A stretch of 64,000 nucleotides of DNA from Felis catus (Eukaryota), in assembly GCF_018350175.1 (NCBI RefSeq), contig NC_058383.1:6574001-6638000 (forward strand). Reading direction: 5' to 3'. How positions within the stretch are numbered: position 1 is the first letter of the stretch; each line of letters starts with the position of its first letter. The notes beneath the pieces were generated by a model. That model was not told the origin of the DNA, did no database searches, and worked only from the letters and a program-made list of their open reading frames with translations. Positions 38,636-50,043 of this stretch are shown here, in pieces. The position numbers and the translations under genes are program-made.

Positions 38636-38945
38636 TGTGTTGTCCAATATAGTGGCCACTGGCCACACGTGGCTACTGAACACTTAAAACATGCCTAGTC
38701 TCAATGAAGATGTGCTTTAAGTACAAATTACACACCAGATTTCAAAGACTGTGTCCAAAAAAAAAAAAAAAAAAGGTAAAATATATACACGATAATCTTT
38801 TGACATGACATTTTGAAATAATTTTGGACATACTGGGCTAAAGAAAATTAACATGAGTTTCCCAATTTTTAAACTTTATAATAACACGAGTACTTGAAAA
38901 TTTTAAATCACGTATGTGCTCGCACTGTATTTCTATTGGACAGCT
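38636..38945 (-). mobile_element. MER33-like hAT DNA transposon, with a second fragment in opposite orientation at about 39286-39355
   Basis: Inverted termini tgtccaata ... tattggaca and internal gtggccactggccacacgtggcta. Confidence 0.7.
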
Positions 38946-39729
38946 AGACATCCTGGTCTGCATACTTGAAACTCTTTAATAAAAAAAAAACACCAGAATA
39001 GCCAGCCTGAAAATATTTTAGGATCTAGTTATATTAGAAGGTCACAGTTGGTAAGACTGCAGAAGTGACTGCAGATTGAACAGACTAGTAACTGAGGCTC
39101 TGGAAGGGGAGCAACTGGCTGGGGGGTCCTGCTGCAGTACAGTGGAATATCAAGGTAAGACCGGCCAGCTGTGGAACTGGGCTGACTTCCAACCCAGGTC
39201 CGAGTAAGATATTGGACAGCCTCTTTTGACCACCATCCTAGTGACATTAGCACAAAGGGCCTTTTCCACGTTGGATGAGGCCTGCAACTCTAACAGAAAT
39301 ATAACGTGAGCACATATATAATTTAAAAATTTCAGGTAGCCATATTAAAGTGCTTATATGCATTAAATGAAACACATAGCACTGCAAGAAAAAAAAAAAC
39401 CCAATGATATCAAAATAGGTATCAAAACGTTTTGAAAACAAACTCATGCTACATTAGTTTATACGCTGCTTTTGCAACACACTGAATACCAAGATTCTGT
39501 CATCCTGTCAAAGCAGTGATGGGCGTAAATGATAGCTTGTAAGTAGTTGCAGATACTCTATGTCCAACCATCATTTACCCTCCTCCCCACTGGAAATCAC
39601 GACTTAGTTTAGGGCACTGCTAACGTTACTCCGTCACGGAAGGAAATGCTCATTTCACACAGAGAAAATTAAAGGTGTAATTTTCTTCCTCCCCAAGTTC
39701 ATTAACCTGCCCAAGCTAATAATCCCTGA

Positions 39730-40700
39730 TTTAGGGACGCGCTGCCGCTGGCCACTCTGGGGGATCCGCCCCTCGGCAGACGCTCCCAGGGGCCCTTTGG
39801 CCAGTCCGACCACTCCACACCGGCCTTTAGAGCCTCGGTCGTCTCACTAGACGTCCCCCACTCCGACCCCGGCGGTGACACTCGCGGCCCCTGTCCTGTC
39901 CCGGCCCAAGTACTGGGCTCCAGGAAAGGTCAAGTGGGCTCCCACTCGAAAAGTCTGGCCCAGAGAACGCAGCCCGGACTTCCAGCCCCGCGTCACCCCC
40001 AGTGTGGCCCCGCGTCACCCCGCCGCGTCTCCCCCACTCGCGTGCCCGCCTCACAGCGCCGCGCACCAGGCCCTCCTTCCCGGCCACCTTCCCGTAGGCA
40101 CGCGTCTCCGCCGACTTCGCGCAGGCTCAGTCCGCTACGCGAACTCCCCACCCGGTGCGCGCGGATGCAGGTTATCCGGTGCAGCGAGGCGAGGCAGGAG
40201 ATCGGCGGGCAGCTAGTCGGGCCTGGCGGAGCGGCCCGTACTCCGCGCTCTATTGGCCGGGTCTGGACAGGCGAAAGGCCGGCGCGGGCTCAGGGAGCTC
40301 CCGGCATCCCTCGGGCGGCGGCGGCGGCGAGGCGAGGCGAGACGAGGCGGAGGACCGTGAGCGGTGGGGCCGGTGGCGGGTAGAGGTGTGAGGGCGGCGA
40401 GGGACCTCAGGGGTAGTCGGGCCGGTGTGGCCGCCGCCGCCGCCATGCAGGAAATCATCGCCAGCGTGGACCACATCAAGTTCGACTTGGAGATCGCAGT
40501 GGAGCAGCAGCTCGGGGCACAGCCGCTGCCCTTCCCCGGCATGGACAGTGAGCGCGGGGCCGGGGCTGCGGGCGAGGGGCGCGACCGACTCTGCCCCGGG
40601 ACCCCTCTCCCTCGGTCCCGGGGCCTGCTCCCCATCGGGCCTGGGACTCCTTTCCTCCCCATTCTGGGACCCCCTTCAGGCTCGGGAGCCCCCCTTTCTT
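39730..40700. promoter_or_regulatory. CpG island / bidirectional promoter shared by PTCD1 (-) and CPSF4 (+)
   Basis: CpG-rich, with a CCAAT box (attgg 40252-40256) and the CPSF4 ATG at 40445. The non-coding PTCD1 exon 1 is expected here; a candidate donor AAG|GTGGCC at 40088/40087 on - is uncertain. Confidence 0.88.
40445..40547 (+). CDS. CPSF4: CPSF4 (CPSF30) exon 1: MQEIIASVDHIKFDLEIAVEQQLGAQPLPFPGMD
   Basis: gccgccATG start, A|GTGAGC donor, 103 nt. Confidence 0.97.
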
Positions 40701-41153
40701 GGATCTTTGATCCCCTGGGGCTGTCCCAATACAACCTTCAGGAGGGCAGAACCATGTCTGGCTGTTCAAATAATTCTTGAATGAAAGCGAGTGTCCTGGA
40801 TTGGAAGTTACTTCGCTCCCCCAACTAAAGGAAAATAATTAGATATCCACCTTTTCCGCTTGCTCCCCACTTTGAGCTCCCTCTTCTTGCTTTCATCAGT
40901 ACTGGGCGGTTGGAGGAGTCTTGCTGGAGGAAGGACCACCTGTCCCTCTTTGTAGGAGATTCCCAATTAGACACTCAAGCTCCATTCTTCTGAGACTTGC
41001 CCCCCTGGGAGCCTATCCCTCACTTTTTCTCTGGACCCCAACTCTGTGTCATTCATCACAGCTGGGCAGCTGCCTGAGCTCCCTTCCTTCTCCACCTTCA
41101 GATGGTAGCTCCTGGCTCCCCCACCCCACAACTTAGGTGGATGTCTCGCACTT

Positions 41154-41300
41154 TATTTTTATTTATTTATTTATTTTCTAAAGTAGGCTCCACGCCCAGC
41201 ACGGAGCCTGATGCCGGGCTTGAACTCACAATCTTGAGATCAAGACCTGAGCTGAGATCAAGACTTGGACACTTAACTGAGCGAGCCACCCAAGTGGTGC
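41154..41300 (-). mobile_element. Can-SINE (older)
   Basis: tttattt tail ... gagccacccaagtg. Confidence 0.8.
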
Positions 41301-41975
41301 TCCCATGTCTAGCACTTTTTTAAAAAAAACCAACAGTTTTCTTGTTTCCTTTCTGGACACACTTGGAATCTGATGTTGTAACATTAAAGCCTAGAGGTCA
41401 TTACGTTCAATCCACAGATGGGGCAACTGAGGGCTGGGAGGGGGAAAGGACTTGTGGAAGACCACTTGGTCTATGGCCATTCAGTACCTAGTAAAACCAG
41501 GTGAGCTCTCCAGTGTTCTTGACTGGTTCGGTCTGCGGTTCCCTATGTTGTGTTTTATGACTGCCAGAGATCCATGTTCTCCTACCAGTCCGTGGCCTGG
41601 AAGAGCCCCCTGTAGCCTCGTTCCCCTCAAGTGGCCACACTTCTCATGCACAGTCTTAGCCCTCTGGACCATCCCATGTCCGAACTGGGGGTAATTAACT
41701 TCTGTGATCTTATGCCCTAACCTTTCCACAGCCACTTGAGAGCATCTTGCTTATAGGAGGTTCTCAGAATAACTGGTCCCAGCATATGTGTCTCATGTTG
41801 CAGGGAATGGCTAAAGTGAGAAGCTTTTTTCTGGCTTGGTCTGGCTTTGCATTTTTTTGCCAGAACGTTTCCTGTACCCTTTGTGGTTAAAGGCAAGAAG
41901 GGTCCCCTCCCTGTGTTTTCAGCTGTCCCTAGTCACACCTCACTTTGTTTGATGTCTCTGTTTTCCTTTCCGCAG

Positions 41976-42026
41976 AGTCAGGGGCTGCTGTCTGCGAATT
42001 CTTTTTGAAAGCTGCCTGTGGCAAAG
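41976..42026 (+). CDS. CPSF4: CPSF4 exon 2: KSGAAVCEFFLKAACGK
   Basis: ccgcag| acceptor, G|GTAAG donor, 51 nt, start of CCCH finger 1. Confidence 0.96.
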
Positions 42027-42598
42027 GTAAGAAATCACTGGCTCCCCGACATTCCTCCTGAGGTGCTTTCCACCACCCAGCCTTCAAGCAGACTTATAGG
42101 CTGTCAGGTCTGGTTTGCTGCAGACTAACAGTGTCCCTGGAGGAAATCACTGTGCTTTGGATAGGCTAGGAACACTATGGGGTATTTTGCCTGAAATTTA
42201 AAACACAGGATGGACCCTCACTCTGAGTCTGCCTTCTCACCTCACTTTCGCTGTGGCCACGAGCTGACCTGTGACATGGGCAGAAGGTGTGAGTATCGAG
42301 GTGTTCAGGCACTTTTTCAAGATTACAGAGTTAGTGAGTGGCTGAGCCAGTGTCTGAACCCAAGCCTTTCTGATTCTACAGTCTGCACAAGCTCACTGTC
42401 CTCTGTATCCTCTCATGAAAAACCCCTACAATAGTCTGTCCTGTGGAGCTTTGTTCATACTAACCGGGCTCCAACAGAGGCTGCTGGAACCAGACCATCC
42501 ATTGATTCATAAGGAGACAGATTGCAGGTGAGACCTTACATGCCATGTATAGGTCTGGGCATTTTTCTTCCTGTAGGCAAATTTATTTGGAAACTAAA

Positions 42599-42852
42599 TT
42601 TTTTTTTTTTTTTAACGTTTATTTATTTTTGAGACAGAGAGAGATAGAGCGTCCAACTTTGGCTCAGGGCGTGATCTCGCAGTCCATGGGTTCAAGCCCC
42701 ACGTTGGGCTCTGTGCTGACAGCTCAGAGCCTGGAGCCTGCTTCGGATTCTGTGTCTCCCTCTCTCTCTGATCCTCCCCCATTCATGCTCTGTCTCTGTC
42801 TGTCTCAAAAGTAAATAAACATTAAAAAAAATTTTTTTAAAGAAAAAAAAAG
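42599..42852. mobile_element. Composite of a minus-strand SINE tail and a headless plus-strand SINE
   Basis: T-run/tttattt/gagacagaga joined directly to agcgtccaactttggctcagg. Confidence 0.85.
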
Positions 42853-42854
42853 AA

Positions 42855-42961
42855 GAGTTTCCAAAAAATAATAGTAATAAAAGTAAATGAAATTATATGA
42901 GTTTCCAAAAATAATAATAATAATAAAATGAAATGAAATAAAAATAAATACGAGTTTCCAA
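42855..42961 (+). repeat. AT-rich imperfect tandem repeat
   Basis: gagtttccaa recurs at 42855, 42899 and 42952, with aataat/aaatgaaat filler between copies. Confidence 0.8.
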
Positions 42962-43305
42962 GGGTGCAGCTCTGTCCCATCTGGGTGGCTGGTCGCTCAG
43001 TTCCTGCCACAGAAGGCCAGTTTGTATACAGAGCATTTCTTCAATTCTGAAGTTGATTTTCTTTCCTAATTCTTGGAGGCTAAGTGGGCTTTTATAACTA
43101 GAGGTGGAGCCCACTTGGGGTCCAGGCTTCTGCTGGCATCCTCTTTACCTTCTGTTTCTTAGAGCCGTGTTTCCCAAACCCCAATCTTTTTTTTTTTAAC
43201 TACCCCTACAATTTTTGCTATGTCTGTGTATCACTAAAGCTATTCTTTAATTAACAAATAAGCTTATTTCCCCACCACCCTAAGGCTTATTAAGTTTCCA
43301 TCTTA

Positions 43306-43438
43306 CTGCAGCCAATTAAGCCGACTGTGCTCTTTTCCCATGGGGCCCGGTGTGGTGTGCCTGCAAACAGCAGCCTCCTTGGTGGTCTATACAGCCTGTT
43401 GATTGTATGGGTTGCCCTAAGGGACCTCGGAGACAGCT
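43306..43438 (+). ncRNA. SNORA70: Retroposed copy of box H/ACA snoRNA SNORA70 (U70); function uncertain
   Basis: ctgcagccaattaagccgactg...gtatgggttgccctaagggacctcggagaca matches SNORA70 as I recall it. H box ACAGCA at 43367-43372, ACA at 43433-43435. It lies directly 5' of RPL10 sequence, and RPL10 is the SNORA70 host gene. Confidence 0.88.
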
Positions 43439-43456
43439 TTTTCTGGTGGACATTGA

Positions 43457-43873
<417 letters not shown>

Positions 43874-44095
43874 GTTTCCATCTTACAGTAATATCTGTGA
43901 AAGCATGCTTTGATGTTTTAGTTAGGTTTTTCCAAAACACATAGAAAATATAGAAGTACTAAAACTTAACGTATGCCCATGTACTGCCTTCTGCCAGGGG
44001 CAACCACCACCGTCCAGGACATGTTGCTCCCAGATACTGCAGGGAAATGTGGGGTGAAGGCGCCGCCCTCCTCACAGTGCGCTCTTTCTTGGCAG

Positions 44096-44248
44096 GAGGC
44101 ATGTGCCCATTCCGCCATATCAGTGGCGAGAAGACGGTTGTGTGTAAACACTGGCTGCGGGGGCTGTGCAAGAAGGGGGACCAGTGCGAGTTCCTGCACG
44201 AGTACGACATGACCAAGATGCCTGAGTGCTACTTCTACTCCAAGTTCG
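44096..44248 (+). CDS. CPSF4: CPSF4 exon 3: GGMCPFRHISGEKTVVCKHWLRGLCKKGDQCEFLHEYDMTKMPECYFYSKF
   Basis: ggcag| acceptor, G|GTAAG donor, 153 nt, CCCH fingers. Confidence 0.97.
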
Positions 44249-45566
44249 GTAAGCAGATGGCCCGGCCCCTCTCTGTACTCGGACATCCAGGCTCAGGAGC
44301 TCTGGAGAGGCACCCAGAACGGAGACCCAGAGGGGATAAACAGCTGCTCAGGTGCCCATGGTGTCTGCTAACTCCCATCTTTACAGCTTCACATGAGAAC
44401 CTCATGCAGTGCCTGCCAACCTCAGCTGGCCCTCCAGTTTCAAGTTCTTTGGAAGCTGAGGCAACTGAGGGTCCCATGGTGGGTGCAGCTGGCGGGAGGC
44501 CTTGTTTCTGCTCATGTTGACCTTTTCCCTCATATCGGCTGTTGCTTCCAGACTGGCGACTCCTTGCCCCCCAGGTCTGAGCTGGTTCCTTCTGTCTGGG
44601 AGTGCGATCCCAGGTATTACTTTGACTGTCCTAAACGGGGCTGTCTTGTGGTGGCCAAGACCTCCACTCCTCACCTTGAGGTTGCCTTGCTTGCTGTGTA
44701 GAGAACATGTGCCCTTGGCTGTCCTGAGGACTGCATGGAGAAGTGGGGGCAGAGGGGGCTGCTCAGCAGAGCTCTTATGCTCCCTGATGGAACTAGAATC
44801 CACCGCTCTCTGCTGTGGGCAGAGGTTGCCCAGGAAGGAGCCCTGTTGGTCAGGATGAGGATGGGCTCTGGTCCTGGGACCGTTGGCCTTGTGCAGGGGC
44901 TCAGCGGGGGGCTAGAAGCCTGCTATACTTTGCGGTGGGCTGGGGGTGCTGGGGAGCACTGGACATGGAGCACGCTTTCAAAGCACTGTCATTTAGGAGA
45001 CATTAATTATTCCAGCAGCTCGACAGGCATGCCCTGCTGGTTTATTACGATAGTTGTGGCTTTTTTGTAGAGGTAGCATAAGCTGTGAAGTCAGTGCACA
45101 GATAGTCAGAAGTAGGACCCAGGCTTCCCAGCCGCACCCCTCCCCCCCCCCCCCCCCCCCACTGCCACCACCAAACCAGCACTGGAACCAGCACTGGAAG
45201 GGGGGTGTCCCCTTTTCATGGAAGCCATCTCCCATCTGGACCCAAAGGCAGGAGACAGCTCTCCTGGAAGACTCTTAAGAGCACCCCTGAAGGCTGGCCT
45301 GGGTTCCTTCATTCCTGCCGGGCCTGGCAACCTCCCCACTGCCTCTGATGCTTCCCTGCCTGCCCTTTCCCCACAGAGCTCGCCCCGGTGCACATGTACC
45401 ATGCACCTTCTGTTAACCTGTGACACAAGTGAGGGTCCTCTTTCAGCACTGGAGTGTCGGTAGTAAACAGGAGAGACCCATTTCTCGTCCCGCGTTGCTT
45501 TTGTTCTGGTGGCCCAGGGAAAGAGGCAGCTGACAGCAGTGAGACAAAGTTGAAGATGATATGCAT

Positions 45567-46030
45567 GGGGCACCTGGGTGGCTCAGTCGGTTAAGCATCA
45601 GGCTTCAGCTCAGGTCATGATCTCATCGTTAGTGAGTTTGAGCTCCACATCGGGCTCTGTGCTGCCAGCTCAGAGCCTGGAACCTGCTTCACATTCTGTG
45701 TCTCCCTCTCTCTCTGCCCCTCCCCTGCTTGCACTCTGTTTCTCTCTGTCTCTCAGCAATAAATAAATGTTAAAAAAAATTTAAAAATAAAAGAAAATGA
45801 TATGCAAGGGGCGCCTGGTGGCTCAGTCAGTTGAGTGTCCGAATTCAGCTCAGGTCGTGATCTCACGGTCCATGAGTTCAAGCCCTGCGTCAGGCTGTGT
45901 GTTGATAGCTCTGAGCCTGGAGCCTACTTCTGACTCTGTGTCTCCCTCTCTGCCCCTCCCCCACTCACACTCTGTCTCTCTCACTCTTAAGAATGAATAA
46001 ACGTTAAAAAAAAAAAAAAAAGAAAGAAAA
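45567..46030 (+). mobile_element. Two tandem Can-SINEs (about 45567-45796 and 45808-46030)
   Basis: Two full heads and tails, with the target motif atgaYatgca present three times. Confidence 0.92.
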
Positions 46031-46704
46031 TGACATGCAATAAGCACTCTGAAGGAAATAAACAGCAATGGGACCACATGAGGACCATATTTTCCTTTAG
46101 CTAAGTGGTCAAGGAAGGTCTTTCTCAGGAGGGGAGACCTGAGCTGGGATCTGAAGGCTAAGAAGGGGCCGGTCACGTGGGGCGGGGGGCAATGTGGCTG
46201 GGGGTGGAGGAGCCTGGGGAGGAGTGGGCTAGACCACATAGAGGCTTGCGGGTCTGGAAAGGGATTTGCGTGTTCTCTGGCCACCAGTGATCAGATTGTC
46301 CTTCCGTGTGTCACATGGATCGGGGAGGGCAAGCGCGGAGGGGGTGGATCCCGTAGTTGGGTGAACGATGCCACTGGCCAGCTGGTCCAGTTGCTCCTAA
46401 GAGGAGCTGTCATCATAAAGGCTTTATCACATTCTGCCACAGGACTTCAGCCTTGAGTTCCCAAATCTTCCCTGTTTGTTCTGAAAGGTGGAATCCTCAG
46501 ACCTTTTGCCTGTCCCGGCTAGTAGATGTGAAGGGCTCATCAGGGTAGGCCAATTATTTCCTGCTCTCAGTTGGTGCCTTTGCATACTTGGGCCCCTGCC
46601 CAGTGTCCAGGATACCCCCTTTGGGTAAGAGAGCCATGAGGTGGGTCTGGGTCTGGCTCTCCCGGAGCTGCCCCAGGTGGACGCACGTCTGGCTTTCCCT
46701 GCAG

Positions 46705-46800
46705 GGGAGTGCAGCAACAAGGAGTGCCCCTTCCTGCACATCGACCCTGAGTCCAAGATCAAGGACTGCCCTTGGTACGACCGTGGCTTCTGCAAGCATG
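46705..46800 (+). CDS. CPSF4: CPSF4 exon 4: GECSNKECPFLHIDPESKIKDCPWYDRGFCKH
   Basis: ctgcag| acceptor, G|GTAGG donor, 96 nt. Confidence 0.97.
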
Positions 46801-47189
46801 GTAGGTGTCAGGGTGGCTGGGCCCCCAGCAAGACGCTGGTCCTCGCTTCCTGTCCCCACATGACCCTCTACCTGTCCCAGCAAAATCTGGTGTTAGGCAT
46901 CTGGGGCTAGTGAGGCTTTTTTACACCCTCAGCTCGCCCGAGCCTCCCAAAGCTCCTGTGTGGACTGCACTCTCACCTAGATTTTCGGTAAGGAAACTAT
47001 CGGTTTAGAGGTTGTGTGCCCTGCCTGCTGTCCCTTGTGAATGGATATGAGACAGAGCCAGCATCTAAAGCCCTGCTCTTGCTCTCTACACCCCAGGCAG
47101 TGGTGTAGGCAGGGTTCTGACTGGCACAGGGGCACGAGGCCATCCCCCGAAGAGGGGAGTCTGAGTGACCCAGACGCTTGGCTCCACAG

Positions 47190-47283
47190 GTCCCCTGTGC
47201 AGGCACCGGCACACACGGAGAGTCATCTGTGTGAATTACCTCGTGGGATTCTGCCCAGAGGGGCCCTCGTGTAAATTCATGCA
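47190..47283 (+). CDS. CPSF4: CPSF4 exon 5: [31 protein letters not shown](H)
   Basis: ccacag| acceptor, CA|GTGAGT donor, 94 nt. Confidence 0.96.
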
Positions 47284-48431
47284 GTGAGTAGCCAGACCCT
47301 GTTCCCCTACTCCACTCCTGCCCCAGGCCCTGCTGCCCTCTAGATCTTTTCTGGGTCCAGCTGGGCTTTGATCATTACGTGGTGTCCCCACAGGACCTGC
47401 GGCAGGGGTCACTGCTGCTCCCTGAGCTCAGAGGTGGCTCTGCCTAGCCCAACACTTAACCTTTACTGGGTCATAGATCTGATGAAAGCTGGGCTGCGTG
47501 CATGAGAAAAGTTCATGCCTTGTAAGGGACCTCTGGTTAAGAACCTGAGCCCTAAAGGAAGGAGACTGCAGTTTGGGGGCCTCTGTGGAGTCAGAGCTTG
47601 GGATTCCACATATACTAGTTTGTATAACTAACTCTCAAGTGTGTGTGAGAGAGGATGACCCCATTTCGCGCGTGGGAACACTGAGGCTCAGAGCTTAGTC
47701 ACTGGCCTCGGTCACATGGTGGTAGGGTTGGCACCTGGTCTGAGGCAGGTCCGTAGCCTCTAAAGCGGGGTTCACCTTGCCCAGCAGGGCTCAGAGCTCC
47801 TCTCCTGGGCCTTAGTGCACATCTGTCACTTTGGGTGGTTGTGGAGTCGGACTTCTCCCTGGGGTGGCGCTGGGACCTCAGAGTAGTGTCGTTCCCCTCC
47901 ACCCCCCACCCTGGGCTGCTTCTGTCCACACCATGGACACCTGCACAGAAGCATGGTATCCTGGTCACTGCCACCCAGTGGGCAGGTGGCAGGTGCTGCA
48001 GACTTGGCGCCGCTTTCTGGATGAGAGCCAGGAGCCTGCAGGGGGCCCAGGGATTCCTGCTTGCGGGGCGGCCGGGGTGTCCCTCGGGATTGTGTCTTGT
48101 CGGAGGTGGTCTGGCACCTGAGTTAGAAGTGGATGTGGGGGGCGGGGGGAGGTCCCATGAACAAAAAGCCCTCCAGAGGCAGCACTTTGTGAAGGTCCTG
48201 AAGCTAGATGTGGGCAGAGCTGCCCAGGCAAGTCAGTTCTTTTCACCCCTGTCCCCCGGAGGCTTCAGGGGCGGAGCTCAGAGCCGGCACCCTCCCCACG
48301 TCTGGGTGAGTTACTCTGTGCTTGGGCAGAGGCTGCCTGTGATCTCCCGGGAATACCTCCTGGCATGGCCCCTCTCTCATCCCCTCTTCTCCTCTTCTCC
48401 TTCTCATCCCCTCTGGCTGCGGGGTGACCAG

Positions 48432-48504
48432 CCCTCGATTTGAACTGCCGATGGGAACCACCGAGCAGCCCCCACTGCCACAGCAGACGCAGCCTCCGAC
48501 AAAG
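48432..48504 (+). CDS. CPSF4: CPSF4 exon 6: PRFELPMGTTEQPPLPQQTQPPTK
   Basis: gaccag| acceptor, AAG|GTACTG donor, 73 nt. Confidence 0.94.
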
Positions 48505-50043
48505 GTACTGTGCCCCTGCCCCTCCCTGGCCCCGTAGTGCTGCCGGCCCCCGCACTGCCTGCCCTGGTGCACGGTCCGCCACAGCCCCGGCTGGTGATGT
48601 GTGAGAAGGCAGTGAGGAGGTGGGACAGGAGGGGAGTCACCCTGAGTTCCAGCAGGAAATTCAGGGAGCAGAATGGTTTGCATCTCCCTGTAGAGGTGGA
48701 GGGCTCTCTGCTATGTCTGCCAGAGCCGAATGCCCACTTGGCTTCTCGCCCCTTCTTGCCTGGCGAGTGCCTCGGTGGCGCCTCACCCCCCACCCCCACT
48801 CCCAGGGGCCAGAGCGGAGGGCAGCGCGAGCGCCGTGGGTCTGCTGCTCTTGCTTCTGGTTCCAGCCCTTCCTGTTTCAAACAGGGAAACAAACTAGAGG
48901 GAGGGCCTCGTCTGAGGTCCCGCAGCTGGGCAGGAGCAGCTGGGGAGCAGAACTGAGGCTGACTGGTTCTCCTGCCAGTACCCTTAGCGCTCTGAGTGGA
49001 GGTTCCTAGCAGGACAGGCTGGGAACAGAGCTGAAGGACCAGCTGGCTTCACTTTTCTAGACAAGGGGGTCCCACAACCCAGCAATGGGCTGATCCCCTC
49101 AAGCATGAGGAGAGGGAGAGATGCCATAGACAAGTGGGAATCTGCAGCAGCAACCCCCGAAACCAAGGGCACCCGGGAGTCAAGGGTTGGGGGCCCAGAA
49201 GAAGGGCTGGCCAGGTGCACTAAGCAGGGTCTCCACAGGCTGAGTAAACCCGCCTACTGATCTTGAATCCTTACCTGTTACCTGGCTGGACTCTGACCCC
49301 ATTGCCAAAGCCCTGCTCATCCTTCATTGCAACAGGCTGAGCAGGTGGTAGGGGGCATGCCCCCCCGCCCCTGGCCCCACTGCACTGACCCCCACCCTCA
49401 GGAGGCTGTGGGACAACTCAGAATTCCTCTCAAAGCCAGAAACTGGGTGTGGGTACAGCCATGACAACCTGGGGCTTTCTAGCTCAGTGCTCCTATATTT
49501 GCGGAGGCCGGGCCGGGACCCCTCTTGGTTAGGAGGTGGCCTAGCTATCCGGCCCGAGCCCTGAGCCCCCCGTCCCCCTTGCTCACATGACTCCCTAGTG
49601 GAGGGCCCTCTCAGCCCCTAGACCGCAGGTCAGCACGTCAGCCTCCAACTGTTTTTCTGTGACTGTTGCTCGCCGTGTAGGCTGCTAAACATCTGGCTGA
49701 ACCAAGCGTTCATCCTGACCTGAAGCTAGAACCTCAGAAACAAAAGTAAGGCCTGCTCATGCCCTCGCCCTGCTGCCCCAGAGACCTCCTCGTCTCTTTG
49801 GTGTTTTGTTTTCTACTTTTATTTTTCGTTTTTGTGTGTCTGCATGGTGTTTTTCGGGCAGCGGCTCCTGCCATCATCACCAGATGTTTCTTTTCTGGCT
49901 GCTCTCCTGAGCAGGGCCACCGCGGAAGCCCTTCTTCCTGCTGGTCATGCGGGAGCAGTCCCGCCCTCTTTTTTCCTGTCCCCATTGGTAGTCTGCGTGC
50001 ACGTGTTTTCCGCAGTAAAACCGTGTTGTGTAACTCTTTCCAG

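Noticed and set aside
39827..40784. Multiple overlapping ORFs at the PTCD1/CPSF4 island
   Set aside because: Same GC-content artefact; only 40445-40547 is supported as coding.
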